This document shows, piece after piece, positions 54,169-62,886 of a DNA stretch of 64,000 nt. A model generated the notes under the pieces. The model did no database searches and had not been told where the DNA came from. It saw only the letters and a program-made list of their open reading frames with translations. The position numbers and the translations under genes were made by a program. The stretch covers positions 76,974-140,973 of the forward strand of contig JAGBBV010000007.1 in assembly GCA_017938315.1 (NCBI GenBank). Reading direction: 5' to 3'. How positions within the stretch are numbered: position 1 is the stretch's first letter; every line of letters starts with the position of its first letter. Source of the DNA: Lachnospiraceae bacterium (GTDB taxonomy: Bacteria > Bacillota > Clostridia > Lachnospirales > Lachnospiraceae).

Positions 54169-56643
54169 TCATGTTTGTTTTAAGAGTGTCATCATCTCTT
54201 GTGTAATACAAAGAATGTTTTCCATGGCAACATCTGCCATATATGCCCGCAGTTCATCCATCAACGCCATGCACTCTCCCGGCAAATAACATTCTTCCAG
54301 ATTTTTCATCGCCTCATCGGCCACATCCAAATCAAATGCTTCTATTGCTTCTTGAATACCCTGCAGATACTGTATTATTTCGTCATTCGAAGCTTCTCGT
54401 TTATTTGCATCCTGCATCTTACCATATGGCTTTAATATTTCTTTATAACGCCTAAAGAATACAAGCACTTCAGGTGTTTTATTATGTATAGCCTCCTTAT
54501 CTCCTGCATTGCCATACTGTTCCAGTTGTGAAAACTGATTCGACAATTCCATTGCGCCTATCATTCTTGCCGTATTCTTTAATGCATGGACTTCTATAGT
54601 ATAATCCTTTATCAGATTATCCGCTACACACTTTTCAATCTTAACAGCTTTTTGGTCGATTAGTTTGTAAAAATCGCCCATAAGATTCATCCATAATTTT
54701 GTGTTTCCCGTATTACGGATTCCTTCTTTTTCATCAATCCCTTCGATTTTTACCAAATTTGTTTGTTCAAATTTTCGTACTTTTTCTGCATCTTTAAGTG
54801 CTTCATCCACATCTTCCTGTATCACTATTAATTCCTTAGGCAGCCATTTTAAAAGTACCGTACAAACTTGCTTCATATCGATGGGCTTTGCAACAAATCC
54901 GTTCATTCCCGACTCCAAAAACAGCTTTTGTGCATCTTGGACGGCATTTGCAGACAACGCAATAATGGGCAGGTCACGATAATAATCACCTTCCATACTT
55001 CTAAGTTCCTTCGTTGCCTCTATTCCATCCATAACAGGCATCATATGATCCATGAAAACAAGATGGTATTTTTGCTCCCGAATCATAGCAAGCGCCTTCT
55101 TTCCATTTTCAGCAACGTCCATTTGCATTTGAAGAGGCTCTAATAATCCTGTTGCAACTTTTAAATTGATAGAGCTATCGTCTACAATCAAAATCCTTGC
55201 TTTTGGTGCCGTAAAATTCGTAACATTCCTGTGCGTCTCTTCCGCAATTTCTGCGGCCACTAACTTCTGCTTTATTGTAAAGAAAAACTCGCTTCCTACT
55301 TGGTATGTACTCTGTACTTCCAGCTTTCCACCCATCATTTCAATTAATTGACCGGAAATTGACAACCCAAGCCCTGTGCCTTCCTTACCTCTGTTTTTCT
55401 TAACATCAACCTGTCGGAATGCCTCAAAAAGTTTCTGCAAATCTTCCTGTCTGATACCTTGACCGGTGTCTGAAACGGACACATGCATGGAAATTTCGTC
55501 TTCTGACAAAAATTTTGTTGTAATACAAAGTTTTACATATCCCTGATCGGTAAACTTTACCGCATTATTCAGTAAATTGATAATTACCTGTCTGATTCGT
55601 AAACCATCGCCGTAGAGTTTATCAGGTAATTCTTCATCTATCTCAAATAAATATTCTATAGGCTTATCGCCGATACGATTTTGAATAATCATACGAATGT
55701 CGCTAATCATGGCACGAATATCATAAATATCCTCCACCAGTTCCATTTTTCCGGCTTCAATTTTGGATATATCTAAAATGTCATTTATAATTGCCACAAG
55801 TGCATTTCCTGAACTTCTGATATTGGCAAGATATTCTTTTTGTTCTTCTGACATATCTGTTCTAAGTAAAATCTCTGACATCCCTACAATTGCATTCATT
55901 GGGGTACGAATCTCATGTGACATGTGGGATAAGAAAGTTGACTTTGCAGCATTTGCTTCATCAGCCTTCTCTTTTTCTTTTTGAACCTGTTGCACCAAAA
56001 CAATATCCGGATTTTCCAAGGTTAAATAGAAGGATAAATTGAGTAACATAATACCCATTCCGCTAACCAGCGATAACGGATTTAGCGCCTGATAAGCAGA
56101 TACAACAAATTCAATTCCTATCGCTATGCTGACAGCCATTTTCTTTTTGGGATGAACCTGCTTACGATATTTTATCATCAAGAAAATTACCAAAAACAAG
56201 TATAAGCCAACTCCTACATAAGCCATATATGCTGCCGGACCGTATGAATAGTTACCTTTTTCTGTTTGTACATATTCGATTGGCAAAAAAAGCACCCCGA
56301 GAAGCACCAAAACTAACGATGTAATATTAATGGGTGTCCGTCCACGTTTATAGGTATCCGTTTCTGCACAAATCAATAGTTTTACATAACAATATATAAG
56401 ATAAAAGACAATCGTCATTGTACCGATAAATATTCGGTGAAAAATATCATTTAACCAAATAGGTATTGTATTTAAATTATTTACGGTATAAATAGTTACT
56501 CCGTCAAACACAAGGTGTACCATTGAAACAATCAGTAATATGGAAAAACATCTGTGAAGACTTGTCTTTTCTCTTTTGGCAGAAAAATATAATATTGCCA
56601 TAAATGCAACTACCACAAAACACGCTACTTCCATTCGAATCAT
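54169..56643 (-). CDS. Hybrid sensor histidine kinase (polytopic sensor, HisKA, HATPase, REC, Hpt)
   Basis: SHEIRTPMNAI, NLLNNAVKFT, DTGQGI, GTGLGL, VFMDHMMP, VHALKNTARMIGA. Confidence 0.93.
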   Translation of the reverse strand: MIRMEVACFVVVAFMAILYFSAKREKTSLHRCFSILLIVSMVHLVFDGVTIYTVNNLNTIPIWLNDIFHRIFIGTMTIVFYLIYCYVKLLICAETDTYKRGRTPINITSLVLVLLGVLFLPIEYVQTEKGNYSYGPAAYMAYVGVGLYLFLVIFLMIKYRKQVHPKKKMAVSIAIGIEFVVSAYQALNPLSLVSGMGIMLLNLSFYLTLENPDIVLVQQVQKEKEKADEANAAKSTFLSHMSHEIRTPMNAIVGMSEILLRTDMSEEQKEYLANIRSSGNALVAIINDILDISKIEAGKMELVEDIYDIRAMISDIRMIIQNRIGDKPIEYLFEIDEELPDKLYGDGLRIRQVIINLLNNAVKFTDQGYVKLCITTKFLSEDEISMHVSVSDTGQGIRQEDLQKLFEAFRQVDVKKNRGKEGTGLGLSISGQLIEMMGGKLEVQSTYQVGSEFFFTIKQKLVAAEIAEETHRNVTNFTAPKARILIVDDSSINLKVATGLLEPLQMQMDVAENGKKALAMIREQKYHLVFMDHMMPVMDGIEATKELRSMEGDYYRDLPIIALSANAVQDAQKLFLESGMNGFVAKPIDMKQVCTVLLKWLPKELIVIQEDVDEALKDAEKVRKFEQTNLVKIEGIDEKEGIRNTGNTKLWMNLMGDFYKLIDQKAVKIEKCVADNLIKDYTIEVHALKNTARMIGAMELSNQFSQLEQYGNAGDKEAIHNKTPEVLVFFRRYKEILKPYGKMQDANKREASNDEIIQYLQGIQEAIEAFDLDVADEAMKNLEECYLPGECMALMDELRAYMADVAMENILCITQEMMTLLKQT

Positions 56644-56682
56644 GTCTTATCCTCCGTTTTTTCTACACCCGGCTTTTCTTTC

Positions 56683-56711
56683 ATTTTACGTGAAAACAAT
56701 AGATTAATCAA
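56683..56711 (-). promoter_or_regulatory. Candidate SigA promoter of the kinase-regulator-MATE operon
   Basis: TTGATT (56711-56706), 17 bp, TAAAAT (56688-56683). Confidence 0.6.
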
Positions 56712-56721
56712 CCTACATGAC

Positions 56722-57153
56722 TTATATTACTTTTTTCTGATATTCTCTCAATTTCTTATTAAAACGTTTTGCACTTCTTGAATCATTTACCCATAAAACA
56801 ACATACACTGCCACAAAAACCACTGCTATTCCTAATATTAAAGAAATTGCCACTTTGAATGGAAAAATAATACCTTCCACATAATTTAGTCCAAACACCA
56901 AGCATTCTATCAATAGCAAATGAATCCCCCTACGTAGCAGTGTTTCTTTAATAGTTAATTCCCTTTTTGACCAAGTCACAAACCCAAATAAAACAGAGCA
57001 CAGCCCCATAATAGGCGGTGCAAAAAAAGCATGATAGGTTAATTTTTCATCCGGAAAAAACAACATTCCCATAGTTCCCTCCAATATGGTAATGCATGCG
57101 GTACTGACAAAAAAAGCCATCATCATTTCCGATAGTTTTGACTGTCTATTCAT
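56722..57153 (-). CDS. DUF3021-like membrane protein (putative LytTR inhibitor)
   Basis: Four TM segments, RRGIHLLLI, W..D...A..FN..L tail; overlaps the LytTR stop. Confidence 0.75.
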   Translation of the reverse strand: MNRQSKLSEMMMAFFVSTACITILEGTMGMLFFPDEKLTYHAFFAPPIMGLCSVLFGFVTWSKRELTIKETLLRRGIHLLLIECLVFGLNYVEGIIFPFKVAISLILGIAVVFVAVYVVLWVNDSRSAKRFNKKLREYQKKVI

Positions 57154-57601
57154 CCTTGCCACCTCCCATAACAATTTTCTTTACCTGATTTGCATACTGC
57201 CTCGAAATCATTAATTTCTCACCATTCTTCATATGCGCAAAAAATCGGCCGCTCATGGCAGGACTGATGCTGTCAAGAAGCATTAGGTTAAGCACTACTG
57301 ATTTTGAGCATCTGACAAAATGATAATTACTGTATGCTTTTTCCACTTCATAAAGACGCATTTTTATTTCATAAACCTGCTCCTTCGTATAGGCAAACAC
57401 CTTTTCATCCAGTGCCTCAAAATAATATACGTCTTGCAAATGAAATTGCTTTCTGTGCTGCTCTTCTGTAATTCCGGAAAGTTCCGTTCCCTTTCCCATC
57501 ACATAAGCCTCGATATCCCTGATATCCGGAGTAACTTGCGTGCACTCAATAATAACCTGTTCCTCATCTTTGTTTAAAATCTTTTTGATGCTTACCCGCA
57601 C
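57146..57601 (-). CDS. Stand-alone LytTR-family transcriptional regulator
   Basis: VYYFEALDEKVF, RLYEVE, FVRCSKSVVLN, LMISRQY; no receiver domain. Confidence 0.9.
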   Translation of the reverse strand: MRVSIKKILNKDEEQVIIECTQVTPDIRDIEAYVMGKGTELSGITEEQHRKQFHLQDVYYFEALDEKVFAYTKEQVYEIKMRLYEVEKAYSNYHFVRCSKSVVLNLMLLDSISPAMSGRFFAHMKNGEKLMISRQYANQVKKIVMGGGKDE

Positions 57602-57628
57602 TTTTCATTCTCCCCTCATCCTGATTGT

Positions 57629-58717
57629 TTAATATACTTCTTTCAGTACATCTAATGAGCCTTCCCCTTTTAAATAATAATCAAAAAAGGTAAGGACTAC
57701 TTCATTTACATTTTCCATGCATTCCCTTGCATCCACACTGCCGACGCCAAGTAACTTTGCCAAAACCGGTGAAAAAAGCGGCAAATCCGTAAAATTCAAA
57801 TGTCCTGCATCTTCAAATATTATTTCCCGATAATCTGCTGCATTTTGACCCACATAATCATTAACATACACCCAGCCTTCATGTTCTTTGGTAAGTGTAT
57901 CAATGTCTTCTCTTACCGCTCTTGAATTGATATCCAGAACCGGTACGGGATAAGGCTCCTCTTCATATATCTCGTAGCCGTTTTCAAATCCCACATACTC
58001 CCCTGCCATAGTACCTTCCAAATCAATGACTGCATCAATGTCCGCACGCTCTCTGCCAAGTTCTACTGCTGTGGCACCACCCATGGAATGTCCCATAAGG
58101 CCTATCTTATCTGTAGCAATTGACACAAACGGCCCTTCCACTTTCTTAGCTGCCAACTCTAAAATAGTATCCACCACAAAATTCATATCCGCAGAGCGGG
58201 TTTTCATCCATTCCACACTGAATTCATATACACCTCTCTCTGCTTCCTCTGTGTAGTCTTCTCCATTATCCGCATATACCTTGGTCATAAAGTCCATATC
58301 TACCATAGTGGTTTTTCCGTTTGCATCCTCCACAAACATGGCATGATAAGGGTGTCCTATACTTGCTACCACATATCCATGAGAGGCAAGTTCAGTATAG
58401 GTGGAATTATTGCTGTCAATGACGCCGAATGCACCATGGGAAAATACAACCAGCGGATAGTTTCCTTCTTCTTTAGGATACCAAAATTTTACAGTAAGTG
58501 CACGTTTTTCTCCTGTATCTGCGAAAGTTTCTACTCTGCTTTCATCTTCCCATGTATAAAGAGAAGTTTGCACTTCATGATTCCCCGTCACTTTAAGCGG
58601 CTCAAATTCCGGAAATATAATCTTGGGAATTGTTATGTACATAATGAGTATCAGTATAATAATGATACCTGCCACAATGCCTGCTGCCTTAAGTCTTTTT
58701 TTCATCCTTGTATTCAT
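57629..58717 (-). CDS. Membrane-anchored alpha/beta hydrolase (PAF-acetylhydrolase/chlorophyllase-like)
   Basis: N-terminal TM, PLVVFSHG, LASHGYVV, nucleophile GHSMGG, AGHLNFTD. Confidence 0.85.
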   Translation of the reverse strand: MNTRMKKRLKAAGIVAGIIIILILIMYITIPKIIFPEFEPLKVTGNHEVQTSLYTWEDESRVETFADTGEKRALTVKFWYPKEEGNYPLVVFSHGAFGVIDSNNSTYTELASHGYVVASIGHPYHAMFVEDANGKTTMVDMDFMTKVYADNGEDYTEEAERGVYEFSVEWMKTRSADMNFVVDTILELAAKKVEGPFVSIATDKIGLMGHSMGGATAVELGRERADIDAVIDLEGTMAGEYVGFENGYEIYEEEPYPVPVLDINSRAVREDIDTLTKEHEGWVYVNDYVGQNAADYREIIFEDAGHLNFTDLPLFSPVLAKLLGVGSVDARECMENVNEVVLTFFDYYLKGEGSLDVLKEVY

Positions 58718-58751
58718 TTTTTCATCCTCCGTTTGTTGATGTGCTTACCGT

Positions 58752-58816
58752 ATCATATATTTTCTTTAAAAAAAATACTCGAAAGGATAAGTTGCATTTT
58801 GAAAGGATGAAATGCA
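58752..58816 (-). promoter_or_regulatory. Activator-type promoter with tandem direct repeats (putative LytTR sites)
   Basis: Repeats 58781-58796 and 58801-58816 are 13/16 identical with 20-bp period; they abut a weak -35 (GAGTAT), 17 bp from -10 TATGAT. Confidence 0.6.
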
Positions 58817-58843
58817 AAGAAGCCGCAAATTTGCGACTTCTTT
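58816..58843 (-). terminator. Terminator after the FtsX-type permease
   Basis: Minus strand AAAGAAGUCGCAA / UUGCGGCUUCUUU with one G.U pair. Confidence 0.7.
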
Positions 58844-58853
58844 CCAAATCTTT

Positions 58854-61373
58854 TTATTCTCTGTTCTTAAGTGCCTCTGCCAAATTAACCCTCTTTAATC
58901 TTCCCAACAAAATTTCATTAATGATAAAATATAGCAGGAGTACTGCAGCATAAATAATTGCATACATTTGCCATGGGAATGCAAGTTTCATAGCACAGCC
59001 CACGTTGGCAACCATCATGGGATACATGATATCCATACATTTCTTTGCAAGGGGAATGCAAATAGCAGCTCCAATAGCAATCACATAGAAATTTCCGTTT
59101 AAATAAAGCTTCTTTATTTCTCTTGGACGATAGCCAAATACTTTTACCATAGAGATATGAAATGCACAGCGGTCTATCATAACCTTCATCATGAGATACA
59201 TAACTACCACAAAGATTAAGATTGGAAAAATTGTCATCATGGTAATCATAGGTGTCATTTCATTAATAAATACATCTGCTGCCTTTTCAATATCTTTTTT
59301 CGTAGTTATGGCATACAAGCGTCCAGATTCTATATCCAGTTTCCGGTCTGCAAACACCTGATTATAATAGGTATCACTTTCACCGAACATTTCTCTCATA
59401 TGATCAATATCCATAAACACATAAAAGCTGGTAGAATACTGTGCAATATCTTTGACGGTAAAAGCATAGTGAGTCTCTGCCTCTTCATCCTCTACCACCA
59501 ACACTTCTCCTTCGCTGATTTCAAATTTCTCTGCCATGGCTGATGAAATAACAACCTCATTCTTACTATCTGTCAGTTCTACATCAAAGAATGGATTTTC
59601 CTTAGTGATTCCTAAAATTGTTACCTCAAGATTATATCCCTGATTTTCCTTTTTTGTACTTTTTGAAAAAGCCTCATATCCTCCCTCAGGAACTGTTTCT
59701 TCAGGATATTTGTATGTATAGAGATATTCAAACTTTGTATCAGCTTTATTCGACTTGCTGATGTGCTCACACATGACATAGCAGTTTAAACCGAGCATCA
59801 ATATCAAAAGCGAAATAAACATACCTCCCACAACCGTCAATGAAGTTCTTGCTTCGCGTAGCATCTGTCTGATACGGAAAGTTGCAATAAATCCCATCTT
59901 CTCTAATTTGATTTGACTCATATTGCCATTTTTCTGTTCATTACGAAGCATTTGCAGTGCCGGCTTATTTAATTTCTTACGAATTACCAAAAAGTTTACA
60001 ACAGCTGAAAGTACCGGCGGCAATACCACTCCATATACAAGCAGATATTCTTCATATATCGTTTCCATTTGCGGAATGGAGAAATAAGCATAACAATTTC
60101 CGGTAATCGTACTTTCTCCTATTGAGCCAAAACCAATCAAACTGCCTATCACACCTGCAATAAGCGTAACTGCTACAGGCAGACATAGATAATGCAGTAT
60201 CAATTCATTTCTTTTCACACCTAATGCATACAGCGCCCCTATTGTGCTGTTTTCTTTTTCGATTCCATAAACAACAAATACGGAAATCACATAAGCAAAC
60301 AATACTAAAACAATGGCTCCGGCTATAATACCTCCATATTTATTAATCATTTGGTCTTCAGCAGCCGCACCTATTCTGGGGTTATCTTCCGCTTCTAAAA
60401 AGAGCGTCAAATTGGATATTTCCAAATCAAAATGTTCTTCCAAAAACTTATCTGTCTCATTTTGCAGTTCTTCAATACCGTCTGCTAACTCTCCTGCACC
60501 GTCTTTTACATTTGCAATTCCCTCATCAAAAGGTACTATACCTGTCTGAATATCTGCCAGATCATTAAGGGCATCATAAAGCTCTGTTGAGCCATCCTTC
60601 AGCTTTTCAATCCCCTCTTCCAATTCATTCTTATCTTCCGTCTGTTCTTTCCAATATTCCTGAAAATAAGCATCTTCTATCTCTTCTGCATCGACTTTCA
60701 GGTCATTTAATTTATCTTTTAGCTCTTTGTGGGTAAGCTTACCGTTTAGATGATATGCGTATACATATTCTTCTGCTTTTACACTTTTTCCTTCCTTAAG
60801 AAGTTCCTCATAAGCTTCTACTGTTACAAATGCTGTGCCAAACTGCAGGCTGTTAACGCTACTGTCGGAAAAATCTTTATAAGGGGCTTCATAATCAGGG
60901 CTACATCCGATTCCTACAACTTCATAATCCTTTCCCCCTATTTTGATTACATTCCCCGGCTGAAGTGCATGTTCATCCGCATAGCGGCGCTCTAAAACAA
61001 TCTCCGAATCACTTTCCGGTGCTCTTCCTTCTACCAGCTCCACAAGATTAATCTGTTTTCTATTCTTGAACACTCTGACTGTACTTTCATCTTCCATTTC
61101 ATAATCCAGATAAAACTGTTCTTCCAATGTGATGCCGGATTCGCACAACTTATCTTTCTCTACATTTGTCAGTGGCATAAACAAGGTAAACTGACCGTCT
61201 TCCAGTTGATTTCTCACAGCAGTTTTTTCAGAGCCTATAATAATAGTATCTGCTGTTCCGATAAGCGAGATAATAATATACATGCATAATACAATCACGG
61301 CACCTAATGCCAGGTAGCGCACAAAGTTTTCCTTTAAATCTCTTACTATTCTTTTCCTCAATACTTTCTGCAT
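58854..61373 (-). CDS. FtsX/MacB-family ABC transporter permease
   Basis: Two FtsX modules: IGALYALGV and ISMVKVFGYR; large extracellular domains. Confidence 0.9.
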   Translation of the reverse strand: MQKVLRKRIVRDLKENFVRYLALGAVIVLCMYIIISLIGTADTIIIGSEKTAVRNQLEDGQFTLFMPLTNVEKDKLCESGITLEEQFYLDYEMEDESTVRVFKNRKQINLVELVEGRAPESDSEIVLERRYADEHALQPGNVIKIGGKDYEVVGIGCSPDYEAPYKDFSDSSVNSLQFGTAFVTVEAYEELLKEGKSVKAEEYVYAYHLNGKLTHKELKDKLNDLKVDAEEIEDAYFQEYWKEQTEDKNELEEGIEKLKDGSTELYDALNDLADIQTGIVPFDEGIANVKDGAGELADGIEELQNETDKFLEEHFDLEISNLTLFLEAEDNPRIGAAAEDQMINKYGGIIAGAIVLVLFAYVISVFVVYGIEKENSTIGALYALGVKRNELILHYLCLPVAVTLIAGVIGSLIGFGSIGESTITGNCYAYFSIPQMETIYEEYLLVYGVVLPPVLSAVVNFLVIRKKLNKPALQMLRNEQKNGNMSQIKLEKMGFIATFRIRQMLREARTSLTVVGGMFISLLILMLGLNCYVMCEHISKSNKADTKFEYLYTYKYPEETVPEGGYEAFSKSTKKENQGYNLEVTILGITKENPFFDVELTDSKNEVVISSAMAEKFEISEGEVLVVEDEEAETHYAFTVKDIAQYSTSFYVFMDIDHMREMFGESDTYYNQVFADRKLDIESGRLYAITTKKDIEKAADVFINEMTPMITMMTIFPILIFVVVMYLMMKVMIDRCAFHISMVKVFGYRPREIKKLYLNGNFYVIAIGAAICIPLAKKCMDIMYPMMVANVGCAMKLAFPWQMYAIIYAAVLLLYFIINEILLGRLKRVNLAEALKNRE

Positions 61374-61374
61374 C

Positions 61375-62076
61375 TTACAGGTCCTCCAATTCCATGGCCG
61401 GTACTCTTACCTCATTGTGATATTCCTTACTAATTTGACCGTCCTTTATCCGGATAACCTTATGTACCATATTCTTTATAGAATTATTATGAGTGACAAT
61501 TAACATCGTTGTTCCATACTTTTCGTTTACTTTTTCAAGTAATGCCAGAATGTCTCTTGACGTTTTGGAATCAAGTGCACCTGTAGGCTCGTCACACAAA
61601 AGTAACTTTGGATTTTTAATGAGTGCCCTTGCTATGGCACATCTCTGTTGCTGTCCACCGGAAAGCTGTGACGGAAACTTATTCTTATGCTCTGTAAGTC
61701 CCAGTGTTTCCAAAAGCTCATCCATATCCAGCGGACTTTTTGAAAGGTATTCGCAAACCTGAATATTTTCTTTTACGGTCAGATTGGGAATCAGATTATA
61801 AAACTGGAAAATAAAGCCCAAATTTTCTCTTCTGTAATCGGACAATTTATCAGGTTTCATACCTACAATTTCCTTTCCATCCACCTTAATACTTCCAAAG
61901 TCCAAAAGGTCAAGACCACCGATACAATTTAAAAATGTGGATTTACCGGAACCGCTGGTTCCTTCAATTACACACATCTCTCCCTTTTCCACACCGGTTG
62001 TAATCCCCTTAAGTACCTGAATGTAACTGCCTCCTTCTCCATAACTCTTTTTCATGTCCTTTACTTCTAAATACAT
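61375..62076 (-). CDS. LolD/MacB-type ABC ATP-binding protein
   Basis: GTSGSGKST, GFIFQFYNL, LSGGQQQR, LLCDEPTGALD, VTHN. Confidence 0.93.
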   Translation of the reverse strand: MYLEVKDMKKSYGEGGSYIQVLKGITTGVEKGEMCVIEGTSGSGKSTFLNCIGGLDLLDFGSIKVDGKEIVGMKPDKLSDYRRENLGFIFQFYNLIPNLTVKENIQVCEYLSKSPLDMDELLETLGLTEHKNKFPSQLSGGQQQRCAIARALIKNPKLLLCDEPTGALDSKTSRDILALLEKVNEKYGTTMLIVTHNNSIKNMVHKVIRIKDGQISKEYHNEVRVPAMELEDL

Positions 62077-62108
62077 ATCTTTTCCCTTTCTATTTTAGTT
62101 TTTTCTTA

Positions 62109-62131
62109 TTTACATAACACTGTTATGTAAA
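62109..62131. promoter_or_regulatory. Palindromic operator, likely TetR site, upstream of the ABC exporter
   Basis: TTTACATAACA-C-TGTTATGTAAA: perfect 11-bp arms. Confidence 0.8.
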
Positions 62132-62162
62132 TGTTATGTTTATGGGACTGATTTCTCAGTCC

Positions 62163-62789
62163 CTATTTTTTCAAAAATAATCCATACCATCCTGCCATCA
62201 TATAAACAAGTGCCTGGGATATAAAACGCATGGCCTCTTCTTCATCCTCTATATGCGTTATTGCATAGATAAAAGCATCTATCTGTTCATGGGAAAGCCA
62301 ATGAATAAACTTATCGTCCACAATACTTCCCGGATTTGCTTTTTGCATGGCATCCGCCATTTTCCTGTAATGCTTTTCGGCTGTTTCAATAAATACGTCT
62401 GCTATATTTTCCAGTTTTGTCCCCTGACATTTGGTTAGTATAAACAATACTTCCTCTCTATGCAGATACATATGATGAAGTAACTCTTTTGCAACACCAA
62501 AGTCCTTTTGATGATCTACTGCATCAGGTGTAAGCGATGCACCGGATGCAACAATGTCATTTTCCTCTTCAAAATGAGATTGTATAATCCGGGAAATGGC
62601 GTTCACAGTTTCTCTCGTTACCGCATCAAACAAATCTTCCTTGTCCTGAAAAAAGAAATATAACGCTCCGGTAGTAACACCTGCATTTTTACAAATGTTG
62701 CGGAGAGAGGCTTTTAAATACCCTTTTTCCATAAATTCTTCTCTGGCACTATGAAGAAGCTTGTTCCTGGTTTCTTTATCCTGCTTCAA
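62163..62789 (-). CDS. TetR/AcrR-family regulator
   Basis: AREEFMEKGYLKASLRNICKNAGVTTGALYFFFQDKEDLF; TTG start at 62789 after GGGGTG. Confidence 0.92.
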   Translation of the reverse strand: MKQDKETRNKLLHSAREEFMEKGYLKASLRNICKNAGVTTGALYFFFQDKEDLFDAVTRETVNAISRIIQSHFEEENDIVASGASLTPDAVDHQKDFGVAKELLHHMYLHREEVLFILTKCQGTKLENIADVFIETAEKHYRKMADAMQKANPGSIVDDKFIHWLSHEQIDAFIYAITHIEDEEEAMRFISQALVYMMAGWYGLFLKK

Positions 62790-62811
62790 GTAATCACCCC
62801 ATAAAAATAAC

Positions 62812-62867
62812 ATAACAGCGTTATCTGATAACACTGTTATGTTACTATAACATTGTTTTTTTGTCAA
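62812..62867 (-). promoter_or_regulatory. tetR promoter overlapped by three ATAAC-N3-GTTAT-type operators
   Basis: Sites 62812-62824, 62828-62840 and 62847-62859; TTGACA (62867-62862), 17 bp, TAACAT. Confidence 0.78.
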
Positions 62868-62886
62868 CTTCTTTTTTATAATTTTA

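Noticed and set aside
57590-57612. Possible frameshift at the LytTR start (ATGAAAAGTG would give MKVRV if one A were lost)
   Set aside because: The in-frame GTG gives a normal-length protein with a usable RBS, so no lesion is needed.
58768-58775. A8 tract in the LytTR-system promoter spacer as a phase-variation switch
   Set aside because: Eight-base A/T runs are common in AT-rich intergenic DNA; no read-level evidence.
62790-62867. ORF-track 5' extensions (tetR, rqcH, response regulator, ABC genes, ribbon genes)
   Set aside because: Extensions run through promoter, operator or RBS sequence; for tetR the called start is the TTG of the -35 box. Starts were reassigned by RBS.
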